Positions 10,970 through 19,820 of a DNA stretch of 64,000 nucleotides are shown here, one piece after another. The stretch comes from an uncultured Eubacteriales bacterium. Its GTDB lineage: Bacteria > Acidobacteriota > Aminicenantia > Aminicenantales > Aminicenantaceae. The number at the start of each line of letters is the position of its first letter. Position 1 is the first letter of the stretch. The notes beneath the pieces were generated by a model that ran no database searches, had not been told where the DNA came from, and worked only from the letters and a program-made list of their open reading frames with translations. The translations under genes were made by a program, and so were the position numbers. The DNA lies in assembly GCA_964429795.1 (NCBI GenBank), contig CAYSCW010000003.1:67061-131060 (forward strand), given 5' to 3'.

Positions 10970-12192
10970 TGCCAAAGAATAGCTATATTGTCGGATTTGA
11001 CATCGGGACGAAAAAAGTCGCCGCCATAATCGGCGAAATCACCGAAGAGAAAAAAGTGGAGATCATCGGAATCGGAACAGCCGAATCCAAAGGATTAAGA
11101 AAAGGCGTTGTGGTCAATCTCGATGCCACCGTGGAAGCCATCAAAAAGTCTCAAGAGGAAGCAGAACTCATGGCAGGAGTGGAGATCGACTCGGCCTTTA
11201 TCGGCCTTTCCGGGGCTCACATCAAGAGCTTCAACAGCCGAGGTGTAATCGCCGTTTCCGGAAAAAACAGGGAGATCAGTCGAGATGATATCAAGCGGGT
11301 CATCGACCAGTCGAAAGCTGTCTCCATCCCCCCGGACAGAGAAATCATCCACATCATCCCTCAGGAGTTTGTGGTCGACGAGCAGGATGGGATCAAAGAT
11401 CCCCTGGGAATGAGCGGCATAAAACTTGAAGTCAACGTCCATATCGTCACAGGTGCCATCACCTCTGTCCAGAATCTAAGAACCTGTGTGGCAAGGGCTG
11501 GAATAGAGATTGAACAGCTCGTTCTGAATCAGATTGCCACCAGCGCGTCCACGCTGACTCATGATGAGATGGAGCTGGGGATTGGCCTGATCGATGTTGG
11601 TGGGGGAACGACTGAAGTGGCCATCTTCGAAAGAGGAAGCCTTTGGTACACATCCATCATCCCTATTGGAGGAGATAACTTTACCAATGATATCGCCGTG
11701 GGGCTGCGCACTCCTATTCCTGAAGCGGAAAAAATCAAGAAGAAATTCGGCTGTGTCACCTCGCCCCTCGAAGACGAACAGGAAACTATCGAAGTCCCCT
11801 CTGTAGGACGGGGTAAAAAGCCTCGGATTCTTTCCCGTCAGATACTGGCCGATATCATCCATCCCCGGGCAGAGGAAATCTTCCGTCTGGTCGACAACGA
11901 CATAAAGCGAATGGGCTATGAAAAATCCCTCAATTCCGGAATCGTGCTGACAGGAGGAACGGCCCTACTCGATGGCCTGGAAGAGATTGCCGAAGAAATC
12001 TTTGATTTACCCGTAAGACGAGGCGACCCAAGTGGCATAGGAGGGTTGGTCGACCGGGTCAGCACTCCTGATTATGCCACTTCGGTGGGCCTCATCCTTT
12101 ATGGATACAATCAATGGAAGGAAAAAGGCATATCTAAGGATAGAAAAAAAGGATTTTGGGCCAAATTCAAAGACTGGCTCAAAGAAGCATAG
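10969..12192 (+). CDS. ftsA: Cell division protein FtsA
   Basis: DIGTKK, DVGGGTT, AEKIKKKFG, VLTGG and a C-terminal amphipathic helix (FWAKFKDWLKE). Confidence 0.97.
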   Translation: MPKNSYIVGFDIGTKKVAAIIGEITEEKKVEIIGIGTAESKGLRKGVVVNLDATVEAIKKSQEEAELMAGVEIDSAFIGLSGAHIKSFNSRGVIAVSGKNREISRDDIKRVIDQSKAVSIPPDREIIHIIPQEFVVDEQDGIKDPLGMSGIKLEVNVHIVTGAITSVQNLRTCVARAGIEIEQLVLNQIATSASTLTHDEMELGIGLIDVGGGTTEVAIFERGSLWYTSIIPIGGDNFTNDIAVGLRTPIPEAEKIKKKFGCVTSPLEDEQETIEVPSVGRGKKPRILSRQILADIIHPRAEEIFRLVDNDIKRMGYEKSLNSGIVLTGGTALLDGLEEIAEEIFDLPVRRGDPSGIGGLVDRVSTPDYATSVGLILYGYNQWKEKGISKDRKKGFWAKFKDWLKEA

Positions 12193-12201
12193 GAGGAAAA
12201 T

Positions 12202-13413
12202 ATGAGTGAAGCCATCAGAAACAACTTAAAATTCCGTTTGGTTGAAGAGCATTTTGGCGCCAATCTCAAGGTGATCGGCATCGGCGGAGGTGGCGGTAAT
12301 GCCATCAACCGGATGATCGAAACCCAAATCGAAGGCGTGGATTTTATCTCTGTCAACACCGACCTCCAAGCCATGAGCACCAATAATGCCCCAGTTAAAG
12401 TCCAGATCGGGGCAGAACTGACTAAAGGGCTGGGGTCTGGAGGCAGACCTGATATCGGAAAACAGGCTGCCATGGAGGACACAGAAAAACTCATCGAGCT
12501 TATCCAGGGCGCGGACATGGTCTTCCTGACCGCTGGTTTGGGAGGCGGAACGGGCACAGGGGCCACCCCTATCATAGCCAATCTGGCCTCTGAAATGGAT
12601 ATTCTAGCCATCGCTATCGTCACCCTTCCTTTCGATTTTGAAGGCAAAATCAGGGGAGAACAGGCGCGAGAAGGCCTGAGTGAACTCAAATCTGCTGTGG
12701 ATACGGTCATCTCTATCCCCAACGAAAGACTGCTTCAGACGGTGAACCTGGACACTTCCATCCAGGATGCCTTCAAAATGGCCGATGATATCCTTCGCCA
12801 GGCAGTTCAGGGTATCTCAGACCTTATCACCAAACCCGGATTGATCAACCTGGATTTTGCCGATGTCAAATCCATCATGAAAGGCATGGGAATGGCCTTC
12901 ATGGGGACAGGCATCGCTGCTGGAGAAAACAGAGCTGTTGATGCCGCTCAAAAAGCGATATCCAGTCCCCTGCTGGTGGACACATCCATCGAGGGAGCTC
13001 AGGGAGTTTTGATCAACATCACAGGAGGCAAGGACGTGACTCTTCATGAAGTCTCAAAGGCTTCCCAGTTGATCCACAGCCTCGCTCACCCCGAAGCCAA
13101 CATCATTTTCGGTACAGTGATCGAGGAGAGCATGAAAGAAATGGTCAAAGTTACTGTTATTGCCACTGGCTTTGCTCATCCGGAAGAGAGGGAGGCGGTT
13201 TCCCCAGTAGATTTTGCATCCACCCCTTCAGAAACTCCGCCACCCTTTGAAGTCCATAGAGAAACGCCACCATACATCTTCGAACCCAAGGGAAGTGATC
13301 CTCTGTGGAACAAGCCAGCCTGGGAGAAACGTTGGGAGCCGTATGAAACCCCATCTTTTATCCGCAAAAACAGACAGACATCCATAAAAAAGAGTCCCCA
13401 TGAGATCGGCTGA
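12202..13413 (+). CDS. ftsZ: Cell division protein FtsZ
   Basis: GGGTGTG tubulin signature, INLDFADV and C-terminal core ETPSFIRK. Confidence 0.98.
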   Translation: MSEAIRNNLKFRLVEEHFGANLKVIGIGGGGGNAINRMIETQIEGVDFISVNTDLQAMSTNNAPVKVQIGAELTKGLGSGGRPDIGKQAAMEDTEKLIELIQGADMVFLTAGLGGGTGTGATPIIANLASEMDILAIAIVTLPFDFEGKIRGEQAREGLSELKSAVDTVISIPNERLLQTVNLDTSIQDAFKMADDILRQAVQGISDLITKPGLINLDFADVKSIMKGMGMAFMGTGIAAGENRAVDAAQKAISSPLLVDTSIEGAQGVLINITGGKDVTLHEVSKASQLIHSLAHPEANIIFGTVIEESMKEMVKVTVIATGFAHPEEREAVSPVDFASTPSETPPPFEVHRETPPYIFEPKGSDPLWNKPAWEKRWEPYETPSFIRKNRQTSIKKSPHEIG

Positions 13414-14674
13414 CTTTCTCATAGCCAACTGCCATCAAATCCTTACCTGCAAAGGTCCTCCACCGAAAAGAAAAGAAGAATTAGGCAAAGTTGGCTTTGG
13501 GGAAAATAGATGCATCGCCTCCCATAAAGGAAGAATCGTCTTCGTGGGTGAGGAAGAACGCTTCAGGGACGAGTTTCGACTAGATAAGGATGCTGTATGT
13601 CTCGATGGCAGTGGGCTTGTTGCTCTTCCAGGCTTCGTGGATTCTCACACTCACCTTCCTTTCGCAGGAACCAGGGAGGAAGAATTTGTCCTTCGACTCA
13701 AAGGTTCCTCTTATCAAGAGTTGGCTGATAAAGGATTGGGCATCCAGACCACAGTCAGAGCAACCCGGAAGGCTCCCCTGGAAGAACTCATCTCTCTCTG
13801 TCTCTCCCGGCTGGACAGCATGCTCCTCCACGGAACAACCACGGTGGAGGCCAAAAGCGGCTATGGATTGAACTTAAAAGATGAGATCAAACAGCTTCAA
13901 GCTTTGAAGGAAGCCGATAAAATCCATCCTGTGGATATTGTTCCCACGTTCATGGGTGCTCACGAGATTCCGGAAGAGTACAAAAACCGAACCCATGACT
14001 ACATCGATCTTCTCATCCTCCAGGTTCTTCCTGAGGTTGCGGAGAAGAATCTGGCCGAATTTTTCGATGTCTTCTGCGAAGAGGGAGTTTATTCCGTGGA
14101 AGAGTCGAGAAAGTTGATCCGCGCTGCCAAAGAGGTTGGTCTAAAAATCAGGATTCACGCCGATGAATTCTCGCCCCTGGGAGGGGCTGTGCTCGCCGTA
14201 GAAGAAGGAGCAACCTCGGCTGACCACCTGATCAAAGTCACCGATGAGGGAATCCGAAAGCTTTCCGAAAGCTCGACCGTCGCTACTCTCCTTCCAGCCG
14301 TGCCATTCTTTTTAATGCAGCAAACAAGAGCACCAGCCCGCAAGCTCATCGAAGAAGGGGCCATCGTGGCCATAGCTTCGGACTTCAACCCGGGAAGCTC
14401 GATGACTGAATCCATGCTCTTTATCATCCAACTTGCTGTTCTCACCATGGGAATGTCCATCGAAGAAGCGGTCAACGCCGCCACAGCCAATGCCTCCTAT
14501 GCTTTAGGAAGAGACAAGGACGTGGGAAGCCTGGAAGAGGGAAAGAAGATGGATCTCATCCTCTTCGAGGTTCCCCACTATTTCTTCCTTGTCTATCATT
14601 TGGGAATCAATCCCACTAAATACGTCATCAAAAACGGCAAAGTGGTGGTCAAAGAGGGAAAAATTTTAAGATAG
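13400..14674 (+). CDS. hutI: Imidazolonepropionase
   Basis: [41 protein letters not shown] and DFNPGS motifs. Confidence 0.95.
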   Translation: MRSADFLIANCHQILTCKGPPPKRKEELGKVGFGENRCIASHKGRIVFVGEEERFRDEFRLDKDAVCLDGSGLVALPGFVDSHTHLPFAGTREEEFVLRLKGSSYQELADKGLGIQTTVRATRKAPLEELISLCLSRLDSMLLHGTTTVEAKSGYGLNLKDEIKQLQALKEADKIHPVDIVPTFMGAHEIPEEYKNRTHDYIDLLILQVLPEVAEKNLAEFFDVFCEEGVYSVEESRKLIRAAKEVGLKIRIHADEFSPLGGAVLAVEEGATSADHLIKVTDEGIRKLSESSTVATLLPAVPFFLMQQTRAPARKLIEEGAIVAIASDFNPGSSMTESMLFIIQLAVLTMGMSIEEAVNAATANASYALGRDKDVGSLEEGKKMDLILFEVPHYFFLVYHLGINPTKYVIKNGKVVVKEGKILR

Positions 14675-14750
14675 AAATAAAAAGAACAAGCCAGCAAAGG
14701 ACTTCCTGCCTTCAGAACAACATCCTCATTGTTCAAGATGAAATTACGAT

Positions 14751-14987
14751 ATGGACTATCCTGTGGAAAACCTGGCCATCGGCTACATTCCCGACTGGAA
14801 GAGCGAGTATGGTTGGCAAAATAATCTGTTCAAACACGTGATCAAGGGCGGGCCTGCGGGAGGAAGATTTTCCACCGTCAGGGATCTCTTCCGGTTTGCC
14901 CGTGCTTTATTGGGAGGGTTTGATTCTCCGATCGGTTTGATTTCAAATTTTTCCTATGTGATAATTCAAGGGAAAAGGAGCAATTAA
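14751..14987 (+). pseudogene. Isolated internal fragment of a serine hydrolase (beta-lactamase family)
   Basis: NLAIGY...NNLFKHVIKGGPAGGRFSTVRDLFRFARAL resembles the PAGG.YST..DL.RF region of AmpC-like hydrolases. No SxxK part; similarity stops after about 55 codons. Confidence 0.5.
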
Positions 14988-15024
14988 TGACAGAGCGGAG
15001 AAATCTCAAAGGAGATAATGAATC

Positions 15025-16230
15025 ATGTCGAATATCAACACAGAAAAAGGAACTTTAGGAATTCTAACTGGAGGAGGAGATGTACCCGGATTGAATCCGG
15101 CCATACGCGCCATTACCATTCGGGCTCTCCGGGAAGGATACAAAGTCATTGGAATCAGAAGAGGATGGGCGGGATTGACGGATCTTGTCAGAGATAAAAA
15201 CGTTCCGCATGACGATTTTGCACAAATTCTGACAGAAGAGATGGTTAACAAAATCGGCCGCACGGGAGGAACATTCCTTCATACATCCAGGACTCGACCC
15301 AGCCATATGCGTGCGGCCAACATCCCCCCTCATCTCAGGGATAAATATAAAGATGAAACCAGCGACCTCACTCCCGAAGTCCTGAAAAACCTGGAATACT
15401 TGGGCATCGACTACCTCATTCCCATCGGAGGTGACGATACTCTGAGTTACGGCGTCAGACTTCATAAAGAAGGCGTTAAAGTCATCGGTATCCCCAAAAC
15501 AATGGACAACGATGTTCCGGGCACGGATTACTGCATCGGCTTCAGCACATGTGTGACGCGAACCATAAGCATGACCCATGCTCTGAGAACAACCGCCGGT
15601 TCACACGAGCGTTTTCTGGTCATCGAAGTTTTCGGGAGGTATGCGGGATTTACGGCCCTGCTGCCGACAATGGCTGGAGCAGCCAACCGTTGTGTCATTC
15701 CCGAGTACACATTCAACATTGAAATCCTCTGTGATCTACTTTCCCAGGACCGCTATACCAATCCCAGCAAATATTCAGTTGTTCTCGTCTCGGAAGGGGC
15801 ATCGATTGAAAACGAAGGCATGATTTTCGAGAGCAGCGAGAAAGACATGTACGGTCACAGAAAGCTTGGCGGTATCGGAGACCGGGTCTCGCAACTCCTG
15901 AAGGACCTCTCGCCGAAATTCAACAGAGGGCACCGCATCAATGTCATCAACCAGAGATTGAGCTATCTTGTCAGATGCGGCGACCCGGATGCCATCGATT
16001 CTATCGTCCCCATGGCCTACGGGAATATTGCTCTGGACCTGATCAACGAGAAGTCTTTCGGACGAATGGTCTGCCTGAGAAAAGGACAATACGACAATGT
16101 TCCTATTGAGGTGGTCATAAGTACGAAAAAAGTTGTTGATGTGGACAAATATTACAACATCGAGCGTCTTCGTCCGAAGTATGAGTGCTTCAACATGAAG
16201 CCCCTGTTTCTCGTAACCAGCGACTTGTAA
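15025..16230 (+). CDS. pfkA: 6-phosphofructokinase with PPi-type signature
   Basis: GGDVPGLN, GGTFLHTSR, GGDDT, PKTMDND and IEVFGR motifs. Confidence 0.92.
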   Translation: MSNINTEKGTLGILTGGGDVPGLNPAIRAITIRALREGYKVIGIRRGWAGLTDLVRDKNVPHDDFAQILTEEMVNKIGRTGGTFLHTSRTRPSHMRAANIPPHLRDKYKDETSDLTPEVLKNLEYLGIDYLIPIGGDDTLSYGVRLHKEGVKVIGIPKTMDNDVPGTDYCIGFSTCVTRTISMTHALRTTAGSHERFLVIEVFGRYAGFTALLPTMAGAANRCVIPEYTFNIEILCDLLSQDRYTNPSKYSVVLVSEGASIENEGMIFESSEKDMYGHRKLGGIGDRVSQLLKDLSPKFNRGHRINVINQRLSYLVRCGDPDAIDSIVPMAYGNIALDLINEKSFGRMVCLRKGQYDNVPIEVVISTKKVVDVDKYYNIERLRPKYECFNMKPLFLVTSDL

Positions 16231-16327
16231 GACCTTTCTATTATTATTGGCGGGTGGATCTCTCCCTTTTAAGCCGTTGCAGAAGTGAGCCTAAACCCCA
16301 TTGGGTCCAGCCGCATCTCATGGCCAT

Positions 16328-17380
16328 TCAGGCTACTGTCACCTCCTGACATGAATACACGTCCTGAATCGCATTCAAGAGGGCTATCCCCTCCTCCATC
16401 GGTTTCTGAAAAGCCTTCCGGCCCGATATTAAACCCATGCCTCCTGCACGTTTATTGATGACAGCCGTTCTGACGGCTTCTTCAAGGTCACCTGCTCCGC
16501 TTGAGGCTCCTCCGGAGTTGATGAGTCCTACTCGTCCCATGTAGCAGTTGATCACCTGATACCTGGTCAAATCGATCGGATGATCTGATGTCAAATCTGT
16601 GTAGACTTTCTCGTCAACCTTTCCGAAACGGAGAGCTTTAAAACCTCCATTGTTAGTAGGCTGTTTCTGCTTGACGATATCCGCCTCTATCGTGGCACTC
16701 AGATGATTGGCCTGTCCCGTTAAGTCTGCGGCAGTGTGGTAGTCCTTTTCCTTTGTCTTAAAGGCAGGATTCCGCAGGTAGGCCCAGAGCACAGTGACCA
16801 TGCCCATTTCATGAGCCATCTGGAACGCCTCAGATATTTCTTGAATCTGTCGATTACTCTCAGGAGAACCGAAATATACCGTGGCCCCTACTGCCACAGC
16901 TCCAAGATCGAAGGCCTGCTCGACGCTGGCAAACAGTATCTGATCATACTTATTCGGATAGGTCAGAAGCTCATTGTGATTGATCTTGACGATAAAGGGG
17001 ATCTTATGCGCGTATTTCCGTGCACAGGAGCCAAATACTCCGAGGGTAGAAGCAACAGCGTTACATCCTCCCTCTATAGCCAGCTTTATGATATTCTCGG
17101 GGTCAAAATATATCGGATTTGGGGCAAAAGACGCTCCGGCGGTATGCTCGATACCCTGATCCACAGGCAGGATTGACAGATAACCTGTACGGGCCAGCCG
17201 GCCATGATTGAAGACAGACTGCATATTGCGCAATGTTGTCGGATTTCTGTCAGAAAAAAGCAAAACGCGGTCGATAAAATTTTCTCCAGGCAGATATAAC
17301 TGTTCTTTTGGAAATTTGGCTTTATAGTTGAGAAGCTCTTCCGCTTCTTTGCCCAATAATTGTTTGATTCTTTCTATCAT
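16328..17380 (-). CDS. fbaB: Class I fructose-bisphosphate aldolase (FbaB/DhnA type)
   Basis: [23 protein letters not shown] (Schiff-base Lys) and [10 protein letters not shown] motifs. Confidence 0.94.
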   Translation of the reverse strand: MIERIKQLLGKEAEELLNYKAKFPKEQLYLPGENFIDRVLLFSDRNPTTLRNMQSVFNHGRLARTGYLSILPVDQGIEHTAGASFAPNPIYFDPENIIKLAIEGGCNAVASTLGVFGSCARKYAHKIPFIVKINHNELLTYPNKYDQILFASVEQAFDLGAVAVGATVYFGSPESNRQIQEISEAFQMAHEMGMVTVLWAYLRNPAFKTKEKDYHTAADLTGQANHLSATIEADIVKQKQPTNNGGFKALRFGKVDEKVYTDLTSDHPIDLTRYQVINCYMGRVGLINSGGASSGAGDLEEAVRTAVINKRAGGMGLISGRKAFQKPMEEGIALLNAIQDVYSCQEVTVA

Positions 17381-17724
17381 CCTCTGAATCCTCCTTAAAT
17401 TGTGTTTTTATCCGAAACAATATCAGGACATTTCCACTTTGTATAAAAGATAAAGGTAGCAATTGATACTATAAACCATAATAAAAGCAAAGGAAAGGCC
17501 GGTCTCTATGCTGCCACTTGTCTTGAACCGGAGTGTACAGAATCATCCGAACAAGATGGCCTCTGCTTTATATTCTCTATCCTCAATCACCTGGACTACT
17601 CAGATTCATTAAACGCACAAGGTTTGTAAAACAATTTTACGTCCTGGCAAGATCATCAAATTTTTTTTATTCATAAACAGTTTGTAACCTGTTTTAAAAA
17701 AATAAATTGACAGTAAGTTGAGCA

Positions 17725-17740
17725 TGGCATAAAAATTGCT
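17725..17740 (+). promoter_or_regulatory. Sigma54 (-24/-12) promoter
   Basis: TGGCAT-AAAAA-TTGCT matches TGGCAC-N5-TTGC(A/T). Upstream inverted repeats at 17626-17640 and 17675-17694 could be enhancer sites. Confidence 0.75.
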
Positions 17741-17751
17741 TCTTTCTTTGA

Positions 17752-18003
17752 AAAATCGCATGAGGCAAAAAAGTAAGATTTGAGATGAGATATGAGATAA
17801 AGGAGGTCAAATATTCTCTCCTCTCATCATCCGCCATCAACAGCTCCCGCTGGATGAGAAGGATCGGAGGAGGACGTACTGCATAACGAAGGTAAGTGGT
17901 GAGGTGGGGAGTGATATTCGGCACTGAGTATGACAGGATAGGCAGGAACTTACCTTTGAGGTAAGGTAAGGACTTGGGATTCCTTAAATATTGGAATCCT
18001 TTC
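17752..18003 (+). ncRNA. Putative sigma54-dependent GGA-rich small RNA
   Basis: Between the sigma54 promoter and a terminal hairpin. No ORF >=60 aa on this strand, 12 GGA triplets in 17802-17995, internal hairpins. Confidence 0.45.
17977..18002 (+). terminator. Probable intrinsic terminator hairpin
   Basis: GGATTCC-ttaaatatt-GGAATCC followed by TTT (short U-tract). Confidence 0.45.
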
Positions 18004-18122
18004 GGTTGATGTGAAAAAGATTAGACCAAAAAAAAGCTTCTTCTAATCACGCATCCTTTCTTCTAAATAAGCAAAGTCTAAGCAAATTATATTTGGAAAA
18101 AATCTTTATGTTTTTACTGTGA

Positions 18123-18548
18123 TTATGGCCTCTTTTCCATCATCACTTTCTGAAATTCTTCCTGGGCTTTTTGTACTTCAGGATCTTCAGCATATTTCAT
18201 AACCTTCATCATCACAGAACCCATCTTCATGGCGACTGCCCTCATCTTCTCGGCTTCTGTCTTGAGCTCTTTCGGCGGGTTGTCTATTTCTTTCAATTCC
18301 GGATATTTCTTTTCAAATCCCTCCATTTTGGATTTCATTTCTTTCATGAACCCGGTGTAATCTCTGAGTGCAGCTGCAACTTCTTTTCCACTTTCTGCTT
18401 TTTCAAGAGCATTGACGAATTTTTCTGTTTCTTGGGTATACTTTTTAATAATAGGCTTAACGTCAGAATACTTGCCGCCTCCACAGGATGAAAAAGCAAT
18501 TAGAAAAAACACCATTCCAAGTAGGGCGATCCATGATTTCCCTTTCAT
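18123..18548 (-). CDS. Hypothetical helical lipoprotein
   Basis: Signal peptide with lipobox FSSC followed by GGG; mature part is K/E-rich and helical. Confidence 0.8.
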   Translation of the reverse strand: MKGKSWIALLGMVFFLIAFSSCGGGKYSDVKPIIKKYTQETEKFVNALEKAESGKEVAAALRDYTGFMKEMKSKMEGFEKKYPELKEIDNPPKELKTEAEKMRAVAMKMGSVMMKVMKYAEDPEVQKAQEEFQKVMMEKRP

Positions 18549-18639
18549 TTTTCCTCCTTTCCTTTGAAATGAAAATGAATTGATGCGTCTAGATCTGGAT
18601 GTATACTACATAAATTTCCTCTCGGAGTCAAAAGAATCC

Positions 18640-18790
18640 CGTATGATTTATTGATTTTATTTGCATTTATATTTGAAGTCGTATTGATGTATTTATTCGT
18701 ATTTTGCGGTATTTGTTTATTTGTTTATTTGAAGTCCGTTTTTTTATTTGTTTGGACTTTGTTTATTTGAAGTCGGTCTGTTCTAAATTA
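18640..18790. repeat. T-rich degenerate repeat array left of the RAYT gene
   Basis: ATTTGAAGTC at 18671, 18727 and 18765, embedded in TTATTTG/TTTATTTG-like iterations. Confidence 0.7.
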
Positions 18791-18845
18791 TTGATATCAA
18801 TCAATTAAGCCTTTATTTTCATATCCATAATTGTCTTAGATGAGA

Positions 18846-18862
18846 ATTTTTTCGGGCAAAAT
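18846..18862 (+). repeat. 17-bp direct repeat, left copy flanking RAYT
   Basis: ATTTTTTCGGGCAAAAT, identical to 19608-19624. Confidence 0.85.
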
Positions 18863-18881
18863 CGTCGATTAAAACGATAAA

Positions 18882-19607
18882 ATGTCCCGCGCTAAACTTT
18901 ATTATCTTCCCGGAATTTGCTGGCACATTACTCATCGATGCCATAATAGAGATTTTCTCTTGAAATTCTCTAAAGACCGCAAAAGATGGCTTTATTGGTT
19001 GTTTCAGGCGAAGAAAAAATATGGGCTATGTATTTTAAACTATGCTGTCACTTCCAACCATATCCACCTGCTGGTTAATGACGATGGAAGAAGACATGTT
19101 ATTCCCAGGTCCATTCTCTTGACTGCAAGCCGAACCGCCCGAGAATACAATCAGAGGAAAAGCCGCAGAGGCGCTTTCTGGGAGGACCGCTATCATGCCA
19201 CAGCCATAGAGTCGGGAAAACAGTTGAATCAGTGTATGGCCTACATTGATCTAAACATGGTCCGAGCAGGGAGAGTAGGACATCCGGCCGAATGGCCATC
19301 TTGCGGATATAACGAAATCGTGAGCAACCGACAAAGATATCGACTCATTGCTATAGAAAAATTATTGGAGTTATTGCATATTGAAGATCGAGAGAGTCTA
19401 AAGAAATTCTACACGGAATGGATTGAATCTATGTTGGAATCTACGAAGTTAGAGCGCGAAAGCCGCTGGACTGAAAGCATAGCAGTTGGGAAGCGAGATT
19501 TTGTTGAAACAATAAAAGCTAGACTTGGCATTAGGGCATATTACAGAGATATCGAAGAACTTCAAGGATCATTCGTATTAAAAGAACTTGGAAGGCCTTT
19601 CAAGTAG
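18882..19607 (+). mobile_element. REP-associated tyrosine (Y1/HUH, RAYT-type) transposase
   Basis: HITHRCHNR, SNHIHLL (HUH), FWEDRYH, AYIDLNMVRAG (catalytic Tyr) and EWPSCGY motifs. Confidence 0.9.
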
Positions 19608-19624
19608 ATTTTTTCGGGCAAAAT
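19608..19624 (+). repeat. 17-bp direct repeat, right copy flanking RAYT
   Basis: ATTTTTTCGGGCAAAAT immediately after the stop codon. Confidence 0.85.
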
Positions 19625-19682
19625 AGAAGGTCTAAGTGCAAAAATTTGAAGAAAATAAGGATTATATCTTTTATAATCTACG

Positions 19683-19820
19683 ATTTGTTGTAGCCCGCCT
19701 TCAATTCCAACAATTCAAATTTGTTGTAGCCCGCCTTCAATTCCCAAAATCAAGACCAACATCAATTCCACAATTCCAATTCCATACTTCAAATACAAAT
19801 TACGCTTTCAATTCATACTT
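19683..19820. repeat. C/A-rich repeat array right of the RAYT gene
   Basis: Two exact 26-bp copies of ATTTGTTGTAGCCCGCCTTCAATTCC (19683-19708 and 19719-19744), then CAATTC iterations and ACTTCAAATA. Confidence 0.8.

Noticed and set aside
18600-18840. AT-rich tract as a replication origin
   Set aside because: No DnaA boxes and no dnaA/gidA context.
19683-19744. 26-bp repeat starting GTTGTAGC, reminiscent of type II-C CRISPR repeats
   Set aside because: Only two copies, a 10-bp spacer and no cas genes; better explained as RAYT-flanking repeats.
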